DNA of 22,462 nucleotides from Octopus sinensis (GCF_006345805.1 NW_021836708.1:1-22462), one strand, 5' to 3'; shown: positions 9,700 through 19,458, numbered from the stretch's first letter. Made by a program: numbers and translations. Notes: generated by a model from the letters alone, not told the origin.

Positions 9700-10226
9700 T
9701 CTATATATATAAAACTCTAGTTGTGTGAGTGTCTGTCCCCTTCGATTTAGATTCCTAACTCCTCCCACATTTTGCGGTGCAGTTTAACCAAATTCGGTTA
9801 TCTTATAGTCGTGATTCATATCGAGCCCGTCTGAGTATTAGCGCGCGTCTACGATGAGTCTACGATTTTAAAAATAATTTAACATCATTTTTTATTCCAT
9901 TTTAATGCATAAAATGCATCGTGTGTCGATAGCGGCGGAGTTGGCGTCCATGGTCACAGCTGCACCTGTTTGCTTCTCCCCCTTCCCTCCCTCGTTGAAG
10001 CTGTGGGGAAGGGAGTGTAAAGAAATCAACGTCGTAATGCGTTGTTAAGGAAACCAGCGTTCTTTAGAACAACGACTTCATGGCTTGAAGACACTGAGTC
10101 AACGATTTAAAAAAAAAATTATCATCATTTTTTTTCCATTTTAATGCATTTTTTTGCTATAACTCTCTAAAAATGCTATATAGTTATTTCCCTTACAAAC
10201 CCGAGCAACGCCGGGCAATACTGCTA

Positions 10227-10227
<1 letters not shown>
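9700..10227 (+). mobile_element. Non-autonomous Helitron-like element (528 bp)
   Basis: A|TCTATATATATAAAA 5' end; 3' hairpin CCCGAGCAACGCCGGG (10200-10215) 8 nt before CTAG|T. No TSD; inserted at an AT dinucleotide within (TA)n. Confidence 0.85.
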
Positions 10228-10278
<51 letters not shown>

Positions 10279-10281
10279 TGC

Positions 10282-10433
10282 ATACAACCGGATTCAACAC
10301 AGTTTTCATCTTCCAAATTCACTAAAAAGGCACCTCAAGACTATAGTTGAGGACGCTTGCCCAAGTTGCCGCGCATTGGGATTGAAACCGAACCCAGGTT
10401 GTTGCAAAGCGGTTTTCTTAACCACGTAGCTAC
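10282..10433 (-). mobile_element. Family-B SINE, degenerate
   Basis: + strand ctatagttgaggacgcttgcccaagttgccgcgcattgggattgaa...ttcttaaccacgtagc. Confidence 0.75.
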
Positions 10434-10531
10434 TTGTGCGCCTCTCTATCTAAAAACTTCCATTTAATATGTAGAACATGATTGTTATCCACCTCTTCTT
10501 TATAATCTCTCTTCCATTAAGCTAATCTTAC

Positions 10532-10644
10532 GTAAACTTTATTCCTGAAAAATGTGAAATATCTTTTAGGTCTTCTGGCATTTTGATTAATGTGATACGG
10601 TTTTTTCTCTTCCTTTCTCGATTTCTGATAAACTCTTTTAATTC
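10532..10644 (-). CDS. Candidate coding exon B of an unidentified host gene (113 nt, phase 0 to 2)
   Basis: cttgtgtttattcttaag| ELKEFIRNRERKRKNRITLIKMPEDLKDISHFSGIKF-ac |gtaaga. The frame is open between the splice-like sites, but the AAG acceptor is weak and no homology is recognised. Confidence 0.35.
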
Positions 10645-10840
10645 CTTAAGAATAAACACAAGCTAACTCAAAATATCTCATGATCTACAGCAACATAATC
10701 TGTGGATATCATAGAATAAACGATGAGTATTATTTTTTCCTCTCACCTTTAAATATCGAGATAGCGATTACAGAAATTATATATGAATGACGTCACTGCA
10801 TTCAGATCAAGACGTTACCGAAAGTCTTACCATACCCGGA

Positions 10841-11000
10841 AGCATGTCTGTGTGGTTAACAAGCTCACCTTGAAACCATGTGGTTTCAATTCCTGTCCTA
10901 ATGTACAATATCTTGAGCAAATGTCTTCTTCTTCAGACCCGGACTAACCAAATACCTGTGAGTGGATTGTGTAGACGGAAACTGAATGAGGTCCGTTATA
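10841..11000 (+). mobile_element. Family-B SINE 5' half
   Basis: gcatgtctgtgtggttaacaagc...cttgagcaaatgtcttct...gtgagtggattgtgtagacggaaactgaa. Confidence 0.8.
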
Positions 11001-11018
11001 TACGTATTCATTTTCAAT

Positions 11019-11220
11019 ATGTGACCGCGCGTGTATCGTTGGCGATTTTCTTTCTCCGTCTTCCCTTCCTTGGAATTTTCCTTCTTTCTATATTTCTGAC
11101 GAAGAGCTTCACTCGAAACGTTAAATCCTCCTTCTTTCATTCCTTTCCTCAGCGTCCAATAACACTATACTTGTACCACGTCCTCGCGTTGTTTTGTTTT
11201 CTCTTTGTTCATGTTTGGAT

Positions 11221-11224
<4 letters not shown>
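11019..11224 (+). mobile_element. Short hammerhead-bearing repeat (Penelope-like pseudo-LTR or retrozyme-like)
   Basis: About 200 bp of non-microsatellite sequence containing the hammerhead at 11092-11126 and ending at (TA)n. The class assignment is inferred from the known association of minimal hammerheads with Penelope-like elements. Confidence 0.55.
11092..11126 (+). ncRNA. Minimal type-I hammerhead ribozyme
   Basis: AUUU-CUGACGA-A-GAG-cuuca-CUC-GAA-ACGU-U-AAAU. Stem I is AUUU/AAAU, stem II is GAG/CUC, helix III is the palindrome ACGU. Predicted cleavage after 11122. Confidence 0.65.
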
Positions 11225-11290
<66 letters not shown>

Positions 11291-11292
<2 letters not shown>

Positions 11293-11372
11293 ACGCACTT
11301 TCACGGGACTGAACCCGGAACCATGTGGTTGGGAAGCAAGCTTCTTATCACACCACAAACGCTTCCTCACAA
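11291..11372 (-). mobile_element. Family-B SINE head
   Basis: Reverse complement gtggtgtgataagaagcttgcttcccaaccacatggttccgggttcagtccc. Confidence 0.8.
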
Positions 11373-11815
11373 AAGACACGCATTTATACACACATATTCG
11401 TGTATTTAATGCACACTCAAACCCCCATTGCAAACACACTCACACACACACACACACAAACAGACAAGCAGACAGACAGACAGTCAGGCAGACAGATACA
11501 TAGATAGATGGATAGCTAAATGATGTACACACACATATACATACCAAGATATTCACAGAATTACATAAATATAAACATGCTTACATATATACATACATAC
11601 ACACAGGCTTACATACATACTTACATTCATACATACATACACATACAAGCATGCACACAGACCTATATTCATACATACATACATATATAAAGACACACAC
11701 ATACAAAATCACACACACACACACACATATATATAAGTATATATATGTGTGTGTGTGTGTGTATGTGTGTGTGTAAGTATGTATTTATGTATGTATAAGT
11801 ATATATATATTTATC

Positions 11816-11903
<88 letters not shown>

Positions 11904-12396
11904 ATATACATATAATGTGCAAACACATTGGTCCCTCCTAACAGACAGGTTGTTGTTGAGATGTTTTAATTATCCTAATTCCCACCTTCCTGTTACTTGT
12001 TCCCCACCAAAAAATGGGGGTTTACTCTATAGCGATATCTAAACAGTTCCAGAACCCCAAAGGGGACGATATGACCTAATTTCCCATGAGAAAGTTATTG
12101 TAGAGAAGCATAAATCTTCGACTTGCGACTATATAACAGTTGTTACGTATGGAAGCAGACACACGCACACACACACACACGTATCCGCACCTACGTATAC
12201 CCATACATACACACATACATCTGGATACGTATATACCACGAGGACGGTATTTGCTTGTGTGAGTGTGTGTATGTGTATGTGTGCGTGTGTGTGCGTGCCT
12301 AAGTAAATATGTTTTAGAGAAAAGATTCTATCTTTCTGTATGTCCGTCATCTTGTCAGTCAGTTTCTACATACACTCACATGTATATAAATGCGTG

Positions 12397-12428
<32 letters not shown>

Positions 12429-12472
12429 GTATGTATGTATGTAATCTATGTATGTATGTATATGTATGTGCG

Positions 12473-12545
<73 letters not shown>

Positions 12546-12699
12546 ATATATGTAGGATGTATGTATATATGTGTGTGCATAAATTATATATACATACATA
12601 TTATGTATATACATACACACAAATATTCATGCATACTAACGCACACCACACACACACACACATACACACACATATATGTGAGTGTGTCTTGTGTGTCTG

Positions 12700-12880
12700 T
12701 TTTTACAACCGGTGTTGATGTATTCACGTCCACGTAACTTAGCAGTTCTTGAAAAGAACCCGATAGACTAAGAACCATACTTCGCAAAACAATTAAATAT
12801 TGGGACTGATTCATTTGAGTAAAAGGCGGTGCCCCAGTCTGGCTGCAGTCTAATGACTGAAACAAGTAAAAGATAAAAGA
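12700..12880 (+). mobile_element. SINE 3' half (probably family B)
   Basis: ...cgtaacttagcagttc...aaaggcggtgccccagtctggctgcagtctaatgactgaaacaagtaaaagataaaaga, with a short tandem terminal repeat. The family link is from recollection, not an alignment. Confidence 0.6.
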
Positions 12881-12991
12881 TATATATATATATGTATATA
12901 TATTTATATGTATATATATATACAATACATGTATGTATACATATATATATACGTATGTATATATATATATAATATATGTACTTATAATATA

Positions 12992-13032
<41 letters not shown>

Positions 13033-13654
13033 CACGTATATATGTATATATATCTACATATACATAACATATATATATATATGTACGTATATATAATATA
13101 TGTGTGTATGTATATATATGCATTATATGCATATACTTGTATGTGCGTCTTTGTGTGTGTTTCTGTATATGTTTGTTTTCGTAATGATGTTTTAGCCGCT
13201 ATGACGAAACAATTGCAGTTCACAGAGTTTTAAAAAAAATGGAAGCTACGCAACATCACAACGACAACAACATCAACAATAACAGCACCAAACGCATGCT
13301 CTCACACAATCAAAAAGGAAACATTGATGCAAAGCTATAAAGCTTATGCCCTGCTCTCTTTTCAAATGATGGCATTGAACACGATGCTTACTGATATATG
13401 TCACCTCAATAACAAACATGAAAAAAAAAATCTCTTTTCTTTTTTTCCGTTTCAAAATATTAATTTTTATTTTGTTTGTTTGTTTGTTTGTTTGTTGCTT
13501 ATTTTGGAAGGGTTACTTTTTTATTGGTTGAAAGCGGTGGTTCGTGCGTGTGTATGTATTTGTGTGTAGTGAGGGTGGGGGTATTTCCTTTTGCTTTGTC
13601 AGTTGTGTTAGATGATTTTCATCTCACTGCGATACAATTTTCATATTCTGAATA

Positions 13655-13687
<33 letters not shown>

Positions 13688-14232
13688 CGTAAAGAGAGAG
13701 AGAGAGAGATAGTTATGTGTATATATATATGTATATATATAATATATGCATATATACATACATATATGTACATACAAATATATATATGTATAATATATGT
13801 ATATAGATATGTATATAATACATGTATATAGATATGCATAATATATGTATATAGATATGGGTACAGGTCGTCACAAAACTTAACATGAAATTCAAAAATT
13901 AAGTTGGGTACGCAAACAACAAGAGGGACAAATGGAAATCAAGACAAGTAACATAAAGAACGACCCTTCATCAGTTGCCGGTTGTCCTTCTACTCCTTAT
14001 TTCGAGCATTGAACGACAATATATATATATATATATGAATGTCAGTGTCATTACTTTCAGTACCACCACCTTCAACCTCACCACCATCCTTTCAGCTACT
14101 GCTGTCGCCACCACCGATAAACCCCGCCACCGCCTCCCTCCACTTCCATCACTACTCTCTTCATTTACGTGATGATTGTCAAAGAAGAAGGAAAAGCATA
14201 AAAGAATAAGAAGAGGAAGAATGAGATGAAGA

Positions 14233-14263
14233 AGACGACGAGAACCGCGACGTCGGCGGCGAC

Positions 14264-14311
<48 letters not shown>

Positions 14312-14405
14312 TACGACGATAACGATGACGATGACGATGACGATGATGATGATGATGATGATGATGACGACGACGACGACGATGATGATGATGATGATGA
14401 TGATT
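14233..14405. repeat. (GAC)n/(GAT)n microsatellite
   Basis: Direct inspection. Confidence 0.95.
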
Positions 14406-14866
14406 ATCAATTGCAAACGAAAAGAAACGAAAAAAGAAAGGAAATGCCTCGTAAAAGCCATGACTGAAACGACGTGGTGATGCAAAGTTAGACATGAGTG
14501 ACGGCTGGTTATTGTTCTGGAAGACCGGACGCCGAATGTGGTAGAATGTCAAACAAGAAAACAAGAATAAAAACGAGGAAGTTATGGATGACTAAGCTCT
14601 ATTGCTAAAGAAACCGATAAGGAAATAAATCATAACATTGCGACCAACTAGAATGTTTATGGCGTCTTGCTCAACGGCGCTCGGAACTCATCTAGGGAAA
14701 ATATATTTTGTATGAGAACGGAGGAACGGGGGAATTCGGTGTATGGTTAGGATAGCGAATTAACGATGGAGTCGTTAAAGCCGTGTTTCCCAACATTTTA
14801 AACTCTTGCGGAACTCCTAAAATACATTCCATGAGTCAGGGAAGCCCTACTTATAAATTGCTATAC

Positions 14867-15039
14867 ATTCTTTTCTACTCTAAGCACAAGGCCCGAAATT
14901 TTTTTGTGGGGGAGGCCAGTTGATTGGATCGACTCCAGTACGCAACTGGTACTTAATTGGTCCATTCCGAAAGGATGAAAGGCAAAGTCGACCTCGGTGG
15001 AATTTGAACTCAGAACGTAAAGACAGACGAAAATTGCTA
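14867..15039 (-). mobile_element. Family-A SINE, head truncated
   Basis: + strand ccgaaaggatgaaaggcaaagtcgacctcggtggaatttgaactcagaacgtaaagacagacgaaa; tail ggccttgtgcttagagtagaaaagaat. Confidence 0.9.
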
Positions 15040-15059
15040 TCTATTATTAATACAAAAAT

Positions 15060-15470
15060 TCCATCAGCTCACACTCAAAGATCTAGTGGTATCTTAGCTT
15101 GGTTTTACAAACAGTTTTCTGGTGCTAGTGAGACAATGAAAAATACAGTAAAAATCGACAGAAACCGGATGTTGTCCTCCAAAGTTGCTTGACAAGTATT
15201 CTGAGAACATAATGGCAAGATCACATAACCAGTGAAGGCATTCCAAAGGGAACCAACACTAAACCACTTAGCGAAATCATCGCAGAACGAAGATTAAATC
15301 TAGCAGGTCACATACTCAGGTTACCAGGACAACGCTTTTCTAAACCACTGGAAGGGGTGGGGTGGGGGATGACCGAAAATTATATGCGCAGAACATTCAT
15401 AACCGACATGAAAGAGATCAATATCACATGGCCAGATGCAGAGAAAACAAACAACCAACAGAAACTAGTG
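15060..15470 (+). mobile_element. Decayed RTE-group LINE fragment (post-RT region)
   Basis: GASET... (frameshift) DVVLQSCLTSILRT*WQDHITSEGIPKGTNTKPLSEIIAERRLNLAGHILRLPGQRFSK...RRTFITDMKEINITWPDAE, matching the RTE W.D.I..N / RRL..GH..R / W..A pattern. Confidence 0.75.
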
Positions 15471-15524
15471 ACGTCAACAACGAACCCAAGAGCACAAGAA
15501 CTGACGCTGGTACTGAATAAAAAA

Positions 15525-15670
15525 ATTTGTTTTTAATTTAGGGACAAGGCCAGCAGATTTAAATGGCGAATGGTTGGGTGGGGCAGTCATACCATCGATC
15601 AAAATACCTGGCGGATATTTTGTTTTAAACGACGCTGGAGAGTTGAAAAGCAAAGCTGACCACGTTGGAA
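15525..15670 (-). mobile_element. Highly diverged family-A SINE
   Basis: + strand gggacaaggccagcag...gaaaagcaaagctgaccacgttggaa, a weak match to the core and tail. Confidence 0.45.
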
Positions 15671-15685
15671 GGTAAAGTGTCGAAG

Positions 15686-16102
15686 GGCGGCGAGCTGGCA
15701 GAATCGTTTGCACGCCGGGCGAAATGCTTAGCGGTATTTCGTCTGCCGTTACGTTCTGAGTTCAAATTCCGCCGAGGTCGACTTTGCCTTTCATCCTTTC
15801 GGTGTCGATAAATTAAGTACCAGTTACGCACTGGGGTCGATGTAATCGACTTAATCCGTTTGTCTGTCCTTGTTTGTCCCTTCTGTGTTTAGCCCCTTGT
15901 GGGTAGTAAAGAAATAGGTATCTCGTCTGCCACTACGTTCTGAGTTCAAATTCCGCCGAGGTCGACTTTGCCTTTCATCCTTTCGGGGTCGATTAAATAA
16001 GTACCAGCTACGCACTGGGGTCGATAAAATCGACTTAATCCCTTTGTCAGTCCTTGTTTGTCTCCACTATGTTTAACGCCTTCTGGGCAATAAAGAAATA
16101 AG
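15686..16102 (+). mobile_element. Family-A SINE tandem dimer (full unit 15686-15916 plus headless unit 15917-16102)
   Basis: The second unit restarts at ggtat(t/c)tcgtctgcc immediately after ...gtaaagaaata. Confidence 0.95.
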
Positions 16103-16246
16103 AACTACTGACAGTAAAGCATTTATTATGACACTCTAATGATTCTGCTGATACTCCCCTAACCTTTTAAGCCACCCTCTAGGAATCTTCATATTCCTCA
16201 CGACAAATTTATTTCTTCTGATATACTAATGATTCTATCAATACCT

Positions 16247-16663
16247 ATTTCTTTACTACCCACAAGGGGCTAAACACAGAGTGGAAAAACAAGGACAGAC
16301 AAACGGATTAAGTCGATTATATCGACCCCAGTGCGTAACTGGTAATTATTTAATCGACTCCGAAAGGATGAAAGGCAAAGTCGACCTCGGCGGAATTTGA
16401 ACTCAGAACGTAGCGGCAGACGAAATACCTATTTCTTTACTACCCACAAGGGGCTAAACATAGAGGGGACAAACAAGGACAGAAAAAACGGATTAAGTCG
16501 ATTATATCGACCCCAGTGCGTAACTGGTAGTTATTTAATCGATCCCGAAAGGATGAAAGGCAAAGTCGACCTCGGCGGAATTTAAACTCAGAACGTAGCG
16601 GCAGACGAAATACCGCTAAGCATTTCGCCCAGCGTGCTAACCTTTCTGCCAGTTCACCGCCTT
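16247..16663 (-). mobile_element. Family-A SINE tandem dimer with a 17-bp TSD
   Basis: Same head plus two-unit structure as 15686-16102, inverted. Flanked by tgattct(a/g)tcaatacct at 16230-16246 and 16664-16680. Confidence 0.95.
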
Positions 16664-16678
16664 TGATTCTGTCAATAC

Positions 16679-16801
16679 CTTCCAGCCAAACTATCCACCT
16701 TTTTATGCCACCGTCCAAGAATTTTCATATTTCTCGTCGTAAATCTAATCATCTCATTTTTTGGAGTGATTGTATCCCGCTCTTTATAGTCTCGGTCTTT
16801 C
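16679..16801 (-). CDS. Candidate coding exon A of an unidentified host gene (123 nt, symmetric phase 2-2)
   Basis: Branch-like ttttaac, strong acceptor cttctttttttttttcttttcag|, then g-KDRDYKERDTITPKNEMIRFTTRNMKILGRWHKKVDSLAG-ag|gtattg. Only this frame is open. No homology recognised. Confidence 0.55.
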
Positions 16802-17469
16802 CTGAAAAGAAAAAAAAAAGAAGAAAACAGAAGACTGACACCCGGTAGTATATACGTTAAAATTGAATTGAAGACTCGGATACTGTTCCCTGAATGGTGG
16901 AACTGGGCAAATCGCCCACCGTGTCTTTATTAATTCATGGCACTTGACCAGATTGTGTTATACGGTTTTGCAGACTTGCTGAATGTGTTGCTGGCGTCCG
17001 TTCAATTCGCTGATAAACCTTATTACGGCCTCACATCAATGAATCAACGAGTCAACTTTTGTTGGCTGTCGGTTATATCAAATATCTGCCGGTTCGTTGA
17101 CCTTCGGCACTACATGTATGGTGAACTTGCTCAGATAAGAGATTGGGAACCGAAGGCAATCATTCTGATCCACTCACACACAAAAGTCAGCTGTGATTAT
17201 TATAAATTAATCTGTGAGGGTGGAACAATTTCTCAAGTTTCACAGGAAACTGGTGCAGGACATCGCTGGAGCAAGTAAAGTTTCGGTGATAAGAAATAAC
17301 TTTCGAATATTTAAACCGATATGGGGTCAACCATCTTGATAGTGTTATCATTAAAGAATCGCGGTTTCAGCTGCATATAAGCAGTCGAAATCTATCAAAG
17401 CTGCTATCAACAATGGATTTCAGCTACCCACGCTCCCCATTTATCACATTCAACAGATTTGATAACGAC

Positions 17470-17534
17470 GGTAGCCAATTTTTCAAGCTTCTACTGACCC
17501 CACGATTCCGAGTTCGATTCCAGGCAGTGACCTA

Positions 17535-17587
<53 letters not shown>

Positions 17588-17637
17588 TGATGATGATAAT
17601 AATGATAATGATAATAATAATAATAATGATGATGATG

Positions 17638-17704
<67 letters not shown>

Positions 17705-17910
17705 TAATAATAATAACAGCGAAAAATGCCTTAGGAATGAGCACCCAGGTTGGAAATTTCCCCAAGACGCCTGATGAAGGCTGGAGGGTATATCAGCCGA
17801 AACGTTGCGTTAACAACAAACAAGATGGGGGCAAATATCCGTCAAATGTAAATAATGTAAATGATATAAATAATGTAGATAATTTATCATCTCTTAAATA
17901 TAGAACTGTA
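17470..17910 (+). mobile_element. Composite tRNA-like head / (TAA)n / hammerhead element (SINE- or retrozyme-like)
   Basis: B-box GTTCGATTCC (17512-17521) after a decayed A-box-like ggtagccaa; (TAA)n 17534-17716; unique body with the hammerhead at 17766-17811; tail with repeated aaataatgta. Confidence 0.6.
17766..17811 (+). ncRNA. Minimal type-I hammerhead ribozyme
   Basis: GACGC-CUGAUGA-A-GGCUG-gaggguauau-CAGCC-GAA-ACGU-U-GCGUU. Stem I is 5 bp (one G-U), stem II is a perfect 5 bp, helix III is the palindrome ACGU. Predicted cleavage after 17806. Confidence 0.8.
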
Positions 17911-18083
17911 TTCTTTTTTTTATTTATTGAATCATTTTTATTTTTTACTTGTTGAGTTTCTCGATTGTTTTTTTTTTCTTTTCTTTTTTGTTCAACTCGC
18001 TCACTTCGATTTTTCATGAAAAAGAAAACGATAAATGAAAACCGTACGCTCCACTATGAACGTGCAAAGTCTGTGTGTGTGTA

Positions 18084-18115
<32 letters not shown>

Positions 18116-18253
18116 TGGTGTGTGTGTGTGTGTGTGTGTGTCATATGTATATACACTATCTCGTGCCCGCAACGCCTCTTCCGTTACACACGTCGTTCTT
18201 CTCCAAATGCCTATTCTATTCGGTAAAATTGAAGCAGTTTCGAAGCGAAAAAT

Positions 18254-18299
<46 letters not shown>

Positions 18300-18488
18300 C
18301 CATCTACAACAACAACATCATCACCTCATCGTCATCATCATCATTACCATCAGTCCCCTCGCCGTCGTTGTTATCATTACCATCATTACCGTCATCATCA
18401 TCTTCAAAATCAGCATCAACCTCATCATCACCATTATCACCATCATCATCACTACCACCACAACCACCATCGTCATCATCAGCATCAG

Positions 18489-18526
<38 letters not shown>

Positions 18527-18572
18527 ACATCATCATCATCATCATCATCATCATCATTCGTTATGTTATCAT

Positions 18573-18606
<34 letters not shown>

Positions 18607-18607
18607 A

Positions 18608-18640
<33 letters not shown>

Positions 18641-18647
18641 AATCGTT

Positions 18648-18703
<56 letters not shown>

Positions 18704-18965
18704 AATCGTTATCATCATCATCATCTCATCATCATCATCATCATCATCATTATCATCATCATCATCATTCATATCATCATCATTATCATCATCATCATCA
18801 TCATTCATCATCATCATCATCATCATTCTCATCATCATCATCATCATCATCATCATCAACATCATCAATCATCATATCATCATCATTATTCACATCATCA
18901 TCATAAATCTATCATATCATCATATCATCATCATCACCATCATCCTCTGATCATCATCATCGCCA
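18254..18965. repeat. (CAT)n microsatellite of about 700 bp
   Basis: Direct inspection. Confidence 0.97.
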
Positions 18966-19395
18966 TTACCAGCGTCACCCATCGCCATTTATATACGGAG
19001 GAGAAACAAACAAGCAAAAAAAAATTGTTTGTTTCTTGTTGCATAAGTTCTTTTTCGAAAAATGATATCTGTGAGATTGTTTCAGGTTTTCGCTATAAAA
19101 TATCAGAGTGGGGCAAGTGGATTCAATGACATGCTGCTGCTGCTGCTACTGTACTGCTGCCACCGCCGCCACCACCACCACCACCGCTGCTGATAGTGGA
19201 CATCATGATGATGATGATGATGATGCTGTGTTACTTTTGTTGTTGTTGTTGTTGTTGTTTTGATTTTCCTGTGACTGCAATGGCCGATGCCTAGCGGGGC
19301 TCTTGATTAAAGAAGGTTGACGGTGGGGTGAACTGATAACCTACTACGTCTGTTCTACAAACAGACACACACACACATATGTGGACACACATGTT

Positions 19396-19399
<4 letters not shown>

Positions 19400-19458
<59 letters not shown>

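Larger units (their letters stand above)
11225..13870. repeat. Mosaic of (TA)n, (TG)n, (CA)n, (CATA)n and (CAGA)n with short unique islands
   Basis: Direct inspection. This region explains the many YI/CV/HT ORFs in the track. Confidence 0.9.

Noticed and set aside
13196-13340. + strand frame [16 protein letters not shown]...DAKL* after ttttag
   Set aside because: Partly AAC low-complexity, no homology recognised; such frames are expected by chance.
13955-14010. Minus-strand GAAA...CUGAUGA-A, a possible type-II hammerhead
   Set aside because: Stem II is only wobble-rich and no stem I can be formed. It may be a decayed Penelope-like end but is not supportable as a ribozyme.
14781-14850. ccgtgtttcccaacatttt, resembling a hAT/Charlie-type TIR, and a 7-bp hairpin at 14760-14778
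   Set aside because: No partner TIR or 8-bp TSD found; a short hairpin like this is expected by chance.
15686-16663. CRISPR-like or satellite interpretation of the recurring ~190-bp units
   Set aside because: The units are dispersed SINE bodies on both strands, with TSDs and tails, not repeat-spacer arrays; the context is eukaryotic.
16937-17278. 113-aa + strand ORF in unique sequence
   Set aside because: No recognisable domain, no strong splice or promoter context, and antisense to the candidate host gene.
18075-19129. Poly-His/Ser/Ile ORFs
   Set aside because: Translations of the (CAT)n tract in all frames.
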